From Candidatus Woesebacteria bacterium (lineage in GTDB: Bacteria; Patescibacteriota; Microgenomatia; UBA1400; UBA1396), in assembly GCA_021208605.1 (NCBI GenBank), contig JAJOJK010000003.1, forward strand, positions 73,481-137,480: DNA of 64,000 nt, given 5' to 3'. The first letter of the stretch is position 1; every line of letters begins with the position of its first letter. Made by a program: the position numbers and the translations under genes. The notes under the pieces are model-generated. The model searched no databases, was not told where the DNA came from, and saw only the letters and a program-made list of their open reading frames with translations. Of this stretch, positions 40,486 to 52,680 are shown one piece after another.

Positions 40486-42177
40486 CTACCGTCGCAGCAT
40501 AAAGTACACGCCCATCCCCATCAGGCCAAAACCGGTCAAAGCCAAAGCGACCGTATTTTCTATCGCTCCAGCTACTGGCAGCGTTTCTACCGGTGAGCTA
40601 GGAGTGGGGGTTGGATTGACGGCTACGTCACAGAGACAGTCAGTTTCGCCAGTACAGGCGCTGTTACGGCACATGCCGCCGTTACAGACAAGGCCAGAAG
40701 AACAGTCGGCGTTGGTGCTACAGGCGTTGTTACAGCTGGCCAATGGAGTAGGTTGTGGGGTTGGTTCAGGCGTGGCCGAAGGCGTTGGTGTGGCACTTGG
40801 TGTCGGTGTCGGACAGAGACAGTTCGCTTCTTCGGAACAGGAAGGATTGCGACACATGCCGTCGTCGGAACAGGTGAGACCGTCGCCGCAATCGGCATCG
40901 CTCACACAGGCTTCGCTACAAGATGCCGGTGGAGTTGGCGTCGGTGTCGGAGTAGCCTGTGGGGTGGGTTTGGGAGTTGGCTTTGGAGTGGGGTTCGATT
41001 TTTGTGTAGTGGTCGTCGTGGATGGTGCACTGCCACAGCTATTATTTATAATGGAAAATTCTCCACAGAGTTGGCCATCACGGGAACCGCCAACACAGAC
41101 TTGGTCTATTTGCCCACATCCGCCGGCATAGGAAACCGCATCAGCGCGAGAAGACTTGCGAGAGCCATTTTGCTCACAGACGAGTTGTCCATTACTAGTA
41201 GAAGAGGTGTGCAAGCTGTCGCATTTAAAGGCATACCAGCCGGAGCAAGAGCCGCCAGGACATTGTTGGGAACCAGTTTGTCCGGAGTCTTCACACTTAC
41301 GATTTCCTGAGGTGCCCTGACAGACAGCGGTGCCACAGCAGTTGTCGGACAGGCCGCGCTCGGAACCACAGGCTTGTCCAGCGGAGACACAAGCAGTTTT
41401 TCCTGACGATCCGGTGTTGGATCCCGATGACTGCTCAACCCAAGAACCATTTTTACAAACGTACTTTACGCCGTCGCGGGTGCCGGTTTGGCCGTCGTTA
41501 CATTCATTATTTGATTGACCGCCGTCACAAGTGTTGCCGCCGTCGATCCATTGACCAGAACACGTACACTCACAGTTCGCAACACCGTAGTCACCTTTGC
41601 CACAGAGTTTTCGGCCGCCAACGGAACCGCCCCGGACAGAGCTTTTTCGATCGCGACAAGTACTAGAACAATTGCTGGCGTTATAGTTACAACTTCCACC
41701 AGATGAACCACTGCCACCGCTAGAACCAGAACTACCACTGCCACCAGAGCCGCCGCTTTTACAGCCTGCACAACCAGAATCACAGCCTGCAATCCAAGCT
41801 TCCGGATCCGGTTGAGCCGAAGCACCAGCACGACAGTCATTCATACAGGCTTCATAGCTGGCTCGAGGACAGCTACTCGCTTGTTGGCGTAAGTCTTGTT
41901 GTTGCTGCGAAAGATACACTGCCGCACCAATACCAATGAGGACTACCACTGAAACGAAAACAGCGGCAATGATGCCAAAGCGTTTTTTCATGAATTTTTG
42001 CAAACCAGAGAGTGATCTTCCAGAGGATCCAGAAGAACCAGAAGAAGAGGGTCGTGATGAGTTGTTATTTTGCGGTTTTTCTTTTTTAGGCGCCGCCTGT
42101 TTTCCACCTCTTTGATTGGCGTTTTGAATAGTATTAATCACGTCTTGTGATTGTGGTGGAATGTAGGCAGGACTCAT
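40486..42177 (-). CDS. Cys-rich surface protein with N-terminal TM and C-terminal LPxAG-TM-RR sorting-like signal
   Basis: TM then QQQDLRQQAS; G/S and PT linkers; duplicated CxxACxxxADCxxGLxC module; ETLPVAG...FMLRR. Confidence 0.85.
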   Translation of the reverse strand: MSPAYIPPQSQDVINTIQNANQRGGKQAAPKKEKPQNNNSSRPSSSGSSGSSGRSLSGLQKFMKKRFGIIAAVFVSVVVLIGIGAAVYLSQQQQDLRQQASSCPRASYEACMNDCRAGASAQPDPEAWIAGCDSGCAGCKSGGSGGSGSSGSSGGSGSSGGSCNYNASNCSSTCRDRKSSVRGGSVGGRKLCGKGDYGVANCECTCSGQWIDGGNTCDGGQSNNECNDGQTGTRDGVKYVCKNGSWVEQSSGSNTGSSGKTACVSAGQACGSERGLSDNCCGTAVCQGTSGNRKCEDSGQTGSQQCPGGSCSGWYAFKCDSLHTSSTSNGQLVCEQNGSRKSSRADAVSYAGGCGQIDQVCVGGSRDGQLCGEFSIINNSCGSAPSTTTTTQKSNPTPKPTPKPTPQATPTPTPTPPASCSEACVSDADCGDGLTCSDDGMCRNPSCSEEANCLCPTPTPSATPTPSATPEPTPQPTPLASCNNACSTNADCSSGLVCNGGMCRNSACTGETDCLCDVAVNPTPTPSSPVETLPVAGAIENTVALALTGFGLMGMGVYFMLRR

Positions 42178-42384
42178 TACCGTATAATGGCAAATTTTTT
42201 GTTAAGAAACAAGACGCTGCTCGTGCGAACACACCGATACACATATAACGATACATATATAAGGAGTACGCACTCAGAACGAAGTCAAAGCGACATATTA
42301 AGGGTTTCTATTGGACTTTTTTACTATAAATACGTGTTTTTCAAAAACCAGTGCTCCAGAGAAGTTTCTTCTCAAAACTCATAC

Positions 42385-42412
42385 TTGCACCCCGTGGCAT
42401 GGATGGTATACT
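42385..42412 (+). promoter_or_regulatory. Separate 23S-5S promoter
   Basis: TTGCAC-16 nt-TATACT with extended TG, followed by a ~350-nt structured leader. Confidence 0.7.
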
Positions 42413-42758
42413 ACTAATCCTCTGCACATGACACTTGTTTCGGTCAGGCAGATGAGGGACAACCTTCACCGGTCTCTCTCATTTACCAAAGAAACACTTT
42501 TACTTGCTACATGCTCAGGTTCCTTGTGAACGAGCCCCTGTACACGTCATAACGCATTAAGCCTATGGCGCTTACGTGTATTGTGCGGGGAACAGAGTGG
42601 TGACACTTTGTCGCTCGTGAACAAGTAGAGATTTAAACAAGAATTTAAACTTAAAGTAAAGTTTTCAAAAACGGTCGCTGCGATTGTTTTTTTGGTTTAC
42701 CAAAACAGCAATCAATATATATCAGCAGTCGTTTCATGAGAATTGATCAAATATATCG

Positions 42759-45648
<2,890 letters not shown>

Positions 45649-45891
45649 TGCGGTATGTTGATCAGTCCGTGTGAAACGGACGCTTACATGCAAAAATCTG
45701 TTGATATTTCATAGTGATCGTAGCTGAGAGTAATTTACTCTAAGACCTCTTGTCAGAATTGATTCGTCAATTCTTATCTCTACTTGTTCAGGGGTGATAA
45801 TTCTGTCATCCTGAACATGTACATACGAAAAAGTTTCGCTGGCTATTACTGATGGGCCAGCCCAATTTTTTCGACAGCGAAGACGCTTTTA

Positions 45892-46009
45892 TTCCGGTCT
45901 CTGGAGCGCAGTGGAACCAACTCTTTCCATTCCGAACAGAGTCTTGAAACGCTGCAGCGGTGAAGGTACTGCTTGGGCAACTGAGTGGTAGAATAGCTCG
46001 AGGCCGGAA
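45892..46009 (+). rRNA. rrf: 5S rRNA
   Basis: TTCCGGTC/GGCCGGAA terminal helix; CCATTCCGAAC; GGTACT; AGAATAG. Confidence 0.93.
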
Positions 46010-46017
46010 TAAAGGCG

Positions 46018-46140
46018 TTTTTTGTGCTTTTTGAACATTTTTCTCGATTGTTGAGCTTTGCTCACTCATGAGAGAAAAATGTTCAAAAAACACCGATGAA
46101 TAAAGTGACTGAGTGAGCAAAGCTCAACAGCCACAAAAAA
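46018..46140. repeat. Interleaved double inverted repeat (A-B-A'-B')
   Basis: A 46028-46045 / A' 46072-46089 (perfect 18 bp); B 46049-46068 / B' 46110-46129 (perfect 20 bp). Confidence 0.85.
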
Positions 46141-46188
46141 TTCTTCTGGTACCGATCTCATCTGTGTAAATAGGACACAGAATTGCTT

Positions 46189-47352
46189 CTATCCCCAGTT
46201 AGAGAGAATATCATCAATGTTCGAATTAGTAGGAACAGTCGGAACATCACCAGTGCTTCTGCGCGTGGGTATATGAGATTGGACTACCATTTTGGGTGGT
46301 TGTGGATGTTGATTGTCAAAAATAACTTGATGTGTGCTAAAGTCATACTGTACTCTGTTTCCTGATCTAATATGTGTAAGAAGAGCTGTGTAAACGTCTT
46401 CGGGATTATTGTTATTTGCTTCAATATCATTAAAAACTCTGACTAAGTTTGTATCTGTAATAGTTTCAACTGATGTCGTGGAAGGAATTTCACCATGAAG
46501 AATCATTCTAGAAGAAACTACTGCCGCGTGGCTTTTGCCTCGGAGATTACCAATTTTTTGATAGAGTGGTTTGAGTGTTCGTAAGTAAGCCTCTCCTACC
46601 ATCGTAAGTGCTGAAACAAAAACTCCGCCGCTTAGTAGTGTAAATCCACCTATTTTCAACCCACTTAATGCCAGTTCAGATCTTTTTCTGGCTTGTTCGG
46701 CTTGGAAGAAAATTTCCTGCTGTGTAAGAGATTCTCGTGCGAATTTTGATATGTCATCCAAAATTGTGGGGATACTTTCTGGAACAGAGGCTGCTTCTTG
46801 TACCATAGCCGGTGCTTGTTGTGCGGCAGTTTCTGTGGGAGCTGCTCCGGTCGAGAAAAGATGCTGTAGCGATTGGGCGGTATTTTCCAACATCGTTGGG
46901 ATAACAACTCCGGCTGAGGCGTTGCCATCAATGCTCGCCCAGCCTGCCGCTAAACCTGCAAATATGGCATTTCCCCAGCGAGAGAGCGGAATATCGACTT
47001 CTTGTTTAAGCCTAGCTACTTGATACATTTCTTCGCCGGCCATTATCATGACAGAACAGAGCATGGAAATTAAAAAAACAAATACGGGGTCAGATTCATG
47101 CATGCTTTGCTGCGCAAATTCACTGGCTCCATAACTGGCTCCGAAAGTGCCGGCAAAGACAATAAGATGGTAGAGTGCTTGTTCTAAACGAGTTTTTTGC
47201 ACAGAAAACTCGGTTTGATTTGGACGAGCTTCTCGATTTGACTGAGAGTCTCGTCCTCGTCGGGGTAATTGCAAACTGGTTCTATCAGATTCCGATGTTA
47301 CGGCTGCGCGAGTTTTTCGTTCCAGTCTGCTCCCTTGTGTGAATCGAGCCAT
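46189..47352 (-). CDS. Hypothetical membrane protein
   Basis: 387 aa with about 4 hydrophobic segments. Confidence 0.75.
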   Translation of the reverse strand: MARFTQGSRLERKTRAAVTSESDRTSLQLPRRGRDSQSNREARPNQTEFSVQKTRLEQALYHLIVFAGTFGASYGASEFAQQSMHESDPVFVFLISMLCSVMIMAGEEMYQVARLKQEVDIPLSRWGNAIFAGLAAGWASIDGNASAGVVIPTMLENTAQSLQHLFSTGAAPTETAAQQAPAMVQEAASVPESIPTILDDISKFARESLTQQEIFFQAEQARKRSELALSGLKIGGFTLLSGGVFVSALTMVGEAYLRTLKPLYQKIGNLRGKSHAAVVSSRMILHGEIPSTTSVETITDTNLVRVFNDIEANNNNPEDVYTALLTHIRSGNRVQYDFSTHQVIFDNQHPQPPKMVVQSHIPTRRSTGDVPTVPTNSNIDDILSNWG

Positions 47353-47354
47353 AC

Positions 47355-47741
47355 TTATCTTTCTTGTTCTTCAGAAAAGTAATTGCGTAGTTGTTGTTTT
47401 TGCTCATCCGAGAGATCGGCATAAACGTTTTTGAAGTAGAGTTCCATGACCATTTGTGTGGACTGTTGGATATTTTTTTCCAAGTCTTCGATCGAAAAAT
47501 GCGAGCGGTATTTACGATTCATTTCTTCTGGTGAAAGTGCTCGCGAGTCTTCAATAGCTTGCGATATATCAAAAGGGAGGGGATCTATTGTCAACTCTGT
47601 CAGGAAGAGGCTGCTGGCCAACTCTACAATCTGAACCCAGAGCTGAAGAGAGAGATCATGCACTTCTTCAGGGGTGTGTCCCACGATGCGTAAAATATCT
47701 TGAATGCTATTCGTGGAATATGAGGGAGGAGTTGTAGACAT
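47355..47741 (-). CDS. Hypothetical protein
   Basis: MSTTPP start with TACAAT upstream. Confidence 0.65.
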   Translation of the reverse strand: MSTTPPSYSTNSIQDILRIVGHTPEEVHDLSLQLWVQIVELASSLFLTELTIDPLPFDISQAIEDSRALSPEEMNRKYRSHFSIEDLEKNIQQSTQMVMELYFKNVYADLSDEQKQQLRNYFSEEQER

Positions 47742-47839
47742 TCTGAAAGTATTGTATCGTTTTTGCTGAAAAAAGGACAGAATTACCTCTGACCAGATAT
47801 GATATAATGCAATTTCTCGAGAAAGGAGACTACCGCTAC

Positions 47840-49027
47840 ATGGCAGATACGAAAAAACAACAAACCGCTTCCGAAGAAGTAACAAAAGAAGCAAAACAGA
47901 CTGAAACTCCAGAAGTCAAAGAAACGAAAAAATCCTCTGAGCAGCCCATTACAATGGAGCAATTGCTCTCTCAATCTGATTACAACCTCCATATTCCGTC
48001 CGAAGGTGACATTATCACCGGAACCGTTATTGAGATCACCAAGAAAATGGTGCTCGTTGATATTGGTGCCAAGACGGAAGGTCTTGTTTTAGACCGCGAG
48101 TTCCAGGCCGCGAGCGACATGATCTCTGATCTCAAACCTGGTGATAAAGTTGACGCCTTTGTTTTGGACGGCGACAACGCCCATGGACAAATTCTCTTGT
48201 CCCTGAAGCGCGCTGCGCTTGACAAGAAGTGGGACGAACTCGTCAAAGCCCAAGAATCCGAAGAAACCGTTACCGTGGAAGGCCTCGACGTTAACCGTGG
48301 AGGTATGGTTGTTTCGATTGACGGTTTGCGTGGATTTATTCCAACCAGCCAATTTGGTCGCCAAGTCACCGGTAAACTTAACTCTTTAGTAGGCAAAACC
48401 CTCGACGTTAAAGTCTTGGAAGCCGACAAAGACAAAAACCGTTTGATTTTCTCTGAGCGCCTCGTTTCCGAAGCCGATGAGATTGCCAATAGTGATGCCG
48501 CTCTGACCAACGTCAGTGTCAACGATGTAGTCAAGGGTACCGTCACTGGTGTGAAACCATTTGGTGTCTTTGTAGCGGTTGAAGTTCCTCTTGATGAATC
48601 TGGTGAAAACCTCGGTGTGCTCGAAGGCATGGTTCACATTTCTGAAGTGTCCTGGGACAAGGTTGATGACCTGACCGCGCTCTTCGAAAAAGGCCAAGAA
48701 ATCGAGACCAAAGTGGTTTCGGTCGATAAAGAGCAGAAGAAACTCACCCTTTCTACCAAGCGTTTGCAAGATGATCCATGGGAACAGCTCTCTGAAGAGT
48801 GTCCTCCTGGCACTACCATCTCTGGTGAAGTGACTCGGGTGGTTCCGTTTGGTGTTTTTGTCTCTATCGCTCCTGGTGTGGATGGTTTGATTCATGAGAG
48901 TAAGCTCAACGGTCAGAGCTTTGCCGAAGGCGAGTCTGTCTCCGTGGTCGTCGACTCGATTGATACCGAGCAACGCCGCGTCAGCCTGTCTCCAACTACT
49001 GACGAACTGCCAGTTACCTATAAATAA
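47840..49027 (+). CDS. rpsA: 30S ribosomal protein S1 (four S1 domains)
   Basis: VDIGAKTEG, GFIPTSQ, FGVFV...GMVHISEVSW, DGLIHES; GAAAGGAG SD. Confidence 0.95.
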   Translation: MADTKKQQTASEEVTKEAKQTETPEVKETKKSSEQPITMEQLLSQSDYNLHIPSEGDIITGTVIEITKKMVLVDIGAKTEGLVLDREFQAASDMISDLKPGDKVDAFVLDGDNAHGQILLSLKRAALDKKWDELVKAQESEETVTVEGLDVNRGGMVVSIDGLRGFIPTSQFGRQVTGKLNSLVGKTLDVKVLEADKDKNRLIFSERLVSEADEIANSDAALTNVSVNDVVKGTVTGVKPFGVFVAVEVPLDESGENLGVLEGMVHISEVSWDKVDDLTALFEKGQEIETKVVSVDKEQKKLTLSTKRLQDDPWEQLSEECPPGTTISGEVTRVVPFGVFVSIAPGVDGLIHESKLNGQSFAEGESVSVVVDSIDTEQRRVSLSPTTDELPVTYK

Positions 49028-49101
49028 GCGCGAATTTGTGGGCTTCGTCCCACATTCTCGAGCAGCGTGTATACTCAAAGCACGTACTCAGAAAGGAATA
49101 C

Positions 49102-49278
49102 ATGGCAAAACAATACATGGTAGTCAATGACGATCAAATCTTGGTCGATATGGAACTCATTTTTTCAGCTATTCGCGATGCGGATGGCGACTGGGAACAA
49201 GTCGAACAAGACCTCCTCGACGTCATGAACACCGTCCAAGGCATGGTGGATACGTCTGACGACGAAGACGAAGAATAA
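49102..49278 (+). CDS. Small acidic hypothetical protein
   Basis: 58 aa, AAAGGA SD, terminator downstream. Confidence 0.7.
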   Translation: MAKQYMVVNDDQILVDMELIFSAIRDADGDWEQVEQDLLDVMNTVQGMVDTSDDEDEE

Positions 49279-49291
49279 AAAACAAAAACGA

Positions 49292-49322
49292 AAAAAGGGC
49301 TGTTGCAAGACAGTCCTTTTTT
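49292..49322 (+). terminator. Intrinsic terminator
   Basis: AAAAAGGGCTGT-tgcaag-ACAGTCCTTTTTT. Confidence 0.8.
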
Positions 49323-49391
49323 ATTGAAAGAAAATAACGTATGCGCAGACCACACGTAAGTTAAGTACAACAAAGAGAGAGAAAGGCTGCT

Positions 49392-50222
49392 ATGCAGATT
49401 CAAGAAGACTTCAGTTTTTTGGCCCAAAAAGACTGGCAAGCCCAGTTAGGTGAACACCTCAATACAGAGAATGAAACATTTTTTACTGAGCAATTGTTGC
49501 CAGTAGAAGCTGATGGAATTGGATACTGTGTTGACGAACGCCCTAAAATGAACGTCCCAGAAATGCAGGACTACAAGCGTAAAGCTGCTTTTGTCGGTGG
49601 TGCCGCTGGTTGGGTAGCTCTGTACATGGGCTTTGGGCAGTCACAAGATGAGGCTTTTGCTTCTACTCGCAAGATGTACGAGTCTCTAGGCTGGGGCAAT
49701 CTTGAGTTCCACATCGATAACGAACACGGACATATTCACGATGCTGAAGAGCTAGCGAATCGCAATAGCGGTTGTGGTTTCTTGGGTGTTGCTACACAAG
49801 TATTTGCCGACATGAAAGAGCTTTTCGGAAATTCTTACGCTGGTCTGCAAACTCCCGAGATAGATGGTTCAAGTGTTATTTCCACTGCTCGCAACGCCGG
49901 TGATGTGATTGTTCCTTTAGAAGGTGACCACAAAACCGCCAACTACGAAGCTCGCGTAGTGGTCAACACCCATGATGGCATGACTCTTGACCGCGATGCT
50001 CTGTATGCCGAAAATCCGGCCTTTTTGTGGGATGCTTGGGCAACGGTAAATCCAAAAGTTTTAGCAGTTTTTAACGAAATCTCTGGAGAAAACCTTTCTC
50101 ATGAAGAGTTCTATCGTTTGCAAGCTGCGCTGCACTTGATTACGTGTGCCCGCCTCAATGCCTTGAATTTGGGAGAGAAGAGTAACAACTTAGTTATGTT
50201 AACCCCCGGTACAATGCGTTAA
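49392..50222 (+). CDS. Zeta-class (CDCA1-like) carbonic anhydrase homolog
   Basis: CVDER, GG, FHID, GCGF, EGDH, VVNTHDGMTL, FLWDAW follow the CDCA1 motif order. Confidence 0.7.
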   Translation: MQIQEDFSFLAQKDWQAQLGEHLNTENETFFTEQLLPVEADGIGYCVDERPKMNVPEMQDYKRKAAFVGGAAGWVALYMGFGQSQDEAFASTRKMYESLGWGNLEFHIDNEHGHIHDAEELANRNSGCGFLGVATQVFADMKELFGNSYAGLQTPEIDGSSVISTARNAGDVIVPLEGDHKTANYEARVVVNTHDGMTLDRDALYAENPAFLWDAWATVNPKVLAVFNEISGENLSHEEFYRLQAALHLITCARLNALNLGEKSNNLVMLTPGTMR

Positions 50223-50243
50223 GTAGAATACAGAATAACAGAG

Positions 50244-50274
50244 AACAGCTCGGAGCAATCCGAGCTGTTTTTTT
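50244..50274. terminator. Intrinsic terminator
   Basis: AACAGCTCGGA-gcaa-TCCGAGCTGTTTTTT. Confidence 0.88.
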
Positions 50275-50304
50275 ATCGATTTTTAGGAAGTATGCCACCT
50301 CTTT

Positions 50305-50523
50305 TTACGACAATGGGCATACTGGAATATCCGTGTCTCGAGAAATGAGATATACAATGATAACTTGCTCGGCTGGGTTTGGTGAGCCACCTATTCCGGT
50401 CATGAAAGTAATAACTTGACGGCCTTTGTGTATTTGAGTCCAATTTTGGTCTAAATAATTGCGAAAGTTGTCATGAATTCTTTTATTTGCTTCATACAGG
50501 GCAGCGTTTAAAATTTCAGACAC
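50305..50523 (-). CDS. Small hypothetical protein
   Basis: 72 aa, GTG start with AAGGAG SD. Confidence 0.55.
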   Translation of the reverse strand: MSEILNAALYEANKRIHDNFRNYLDQNWTQIHKGRQVITFMTGIGGSPNPAEQVIIVYLISRDTDIPVCPLS

Positions 50524-50593
50524 GATAACTCCTTTTTACCAGTGTATCACTTGTTCCATTTCTGTGTCTTTTCTGTGCTACACTCCTCACACG

Positions 50594-51961
50594 ATGCCAA
50601 AGAAGTCTGCCAAACCCAAAGTTGCCTACGTCTGTGAAGAGTGCGGAGCGGAGTTTCCGAAGTGGTCAGGTCAGTGTGCGCAGTGCGGAGCCTGGAATAG
50701 CCTTTCTGAGACGATTTCCTCGAGTAGTAAGTCGTCGAAAGCCGGTGGGTCCACTCCAATGTACGGCACGAGTGAAGACGTGATTGTTTCTGCGGCCGAT
50801 GTGCTTACCAAACACGCCAAACAAGCGCAGCGCCTGCCAACCGGTATGTATGAGCTTGATCGAGTTTTCGGTGGCGGCATCGTGTTTGGTTCGGTTATTT
50901 TGCTTGGTGGTGAGCCGGGAATAGGGAAGTCAACAATACTTACTCAAATGTTGATAAAAATATTGTCAGAAAATAATAAATTAAATGCACTTTATGTGGC
51001 TGGAGAAGAAAGCCCACAGCAGATATCGCAAAGAATCCAACGCATGGTAGGGAAGAGTGCCAAACAAGAATCGGATTGGCAGACACGCTTAACGTTCTTT
51101 TCCAGCTCTAATGTGGACCAATTGGTTGCCTATATTCAGAAAGAAAAGCCCGATATTTTGGTCGTCGACTCGGTACAAACCCTGGTGACAGAAGATTTGT
51201 CGGGCATGCCAGGTTCTGTTGGGCAACTGCGCGAAGTTACGAGTCGGCTGGTTTCGGTGGCGAAGCAGTTCAATATTCCCACGTTCTTGGTCGGTCACGT
51301 CACCAAAGAAGGAGACATTGCGGGGCCAAAAGTGCTTGAACACATTGTTGACTCAGTTTTGCAGATCAGCGGAGCACGCAACGAAGAAGTGCGCTTACTT
51401 CGTTCACTGAAGAACCGTTTTGGCCCGACCGACGAAGTTGGTTTGTTTCGATTGACCAGTGACGGCGCTGAAGAAATTCACAACCCTGCCGAAATATTTT
51501 TGGAAGAACAAACTATTGGCAAACCAGGTTCCGCGCTCGCTTTGTGTCTGGAAGGGAGTAGGCCAGTGGTCGTAGAAGTACAGGCTTTGGCAGTGAGTTC
51601 ATTTTTGCCCAGTCCGCGCCGCGTGGCTAAAGGAGTCAAGATTTCTAAACTGCACCTCTTGTTGGCGGTGTTGCAAAAACACGCCAAACTCGACTTGAGC
51701 CAGCACGATGTCTACATCAATGTCGTTGGTAGCTTGGAATTTTCTGATCCTGCCATTGACTTGGCTATTGCAGCGGCGTTTTTGTCGGCAAAGTCTGGAA
51801 AGTCACCAGGGAAGAACACGGTCTATTGCGGCGAAATCGGGTTGTTGGGAGAAATCCGCAGTGTAGTAAGCCTTGATCGTCGTCTCAAAGAGGCTAAACG
51901 ACTTGGATATGCTGATGTTATCAGTACGCAGACGTATAAAAATGTTTCCCAATTGAAATAA
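50594..51961 (+). CDS. radA: DNA repair protein RadA/Sms
   Basis: CEECG...CAQCG, GGEPGIGKST, KNRFG, Lon-like C-terminal domain. Confidence 0.98.
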   Translation: MPKKSAKPKVAYVCEECGAEFPKWSGQCAQCGAWNSLSETISSSSKSSKAGGSTPMYGTSEDVIVSAADVLTKHAKQAQRLPTGMYELDRVFGGGIVFGSVILLGGEPGIGKSTILTQMLIKILSENNKLNALYVAGEESPQQISQRIQRMVGKSAKQESDWQTRLTFFSSSNVDQLVAYIQKEKPDILVVDSVQTLVTEDLSGMPGSVGQLREVTSRLVSVAKQFNIPTFLVGHVTKEGDIAGPKVLEHIVDSVLQISGARNEEVRLLRSLKNRFGPTDEVGLFRLTSDGAEEIHNPAEIFLEEQTIGKPGSALALCLEGSRPVVVEVQALAVSSFLPSPRRVAKGVKISKLHLLLAVLQKHAKLDLSQHDVYINVVGSLEFSDPAIDLAIAAAFLSAKSGKSPGKNTVYCGEIGLLGEIRSVVSLDRRLKEAKRLGYADVISTQTYKNVSQLK

Positions 51962-52149
51962 TTGTTAGAGAGTTCCTTTTTTTTGTATAGAGCGGAGTGC
52001 CTTTTGGTGCTGTATGGTTGTACACAGAGCTAGTAAAAAGTTTTCCACATTTTTAATTCGTGCCCCATATTCGTGGGCGTTCCAGACTAAAAAGAGAAAA
52101 TAAAATAATATAGGATATGTTATTTTGCGAACAGGAAAAACTTATAGGA

Positions 52150-52480
52150 TTAACAAAAATAAAAAAAGTGTTATATAATATCTGAAGATCGTGAAGGAGT
52201 GGTTGTCTCACTTGAGGAGTGCTGGAAAATATTCTAGTACTCAAAAGAGAGCAGGCACAAAAAGAAAAAGGCATCATTACCGCTGGTAAAACCACGAATA
52301 ACAATGCCTCTTTCTAAACGTAATGAGTGTCCAAGTAGGGCAGGAGGACACTAAGACCTTAACATAGACTATTTCGGCGGGAATGCAACCCACAATAAAG
52401 CCGAAGGAGTGTTTTTCCCTCAAGAAGATAGTGTGGAGGTTCGGGAGTTGGGCAGGCCTCCGAACTTCCACAGTGTCTTT
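52150..52480 (+). ncRNA. Candidate ~295-nt structured ncRNA with its own promoter
   Basis: TTAACA-18-TATAAT (52150-52179); five stem-loops; terminator-like final helix; no ORF. Confidence 0.5.
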
Positions 52481-52680
52481 GTGAGCGTTTTGTGAGAGTG
52501 TGATACAATGGCTCTATTCCAAGTCGTCATCTTGACGCGTGGAAGCGTTTCAAAGTTTAGAGAACTTTCAAAAATATTCAAAGACACACGTACCATGATT
52601 ACAGATTGATTTCCCTGGTTTGCTGAGCAAACAACTCGAGTGTGAGAAAGGGAAGTCAGTGTTGAAACAAAAGGAGGAAC

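Noticed and set aside
47980-49078. Long antisense ORFs over rpsA (and similar ones over valS, the PBP and the TPR gene)
   Set aside because: Shadow frames of well-supported genes.
52186-52480. RNase P RNA, tmRNA or SRP RNA
   Set aside because: No GAGGAAAGTCC/P4 partner, no tRNA-like ends and no SRP domain IV motif seen on either strand.
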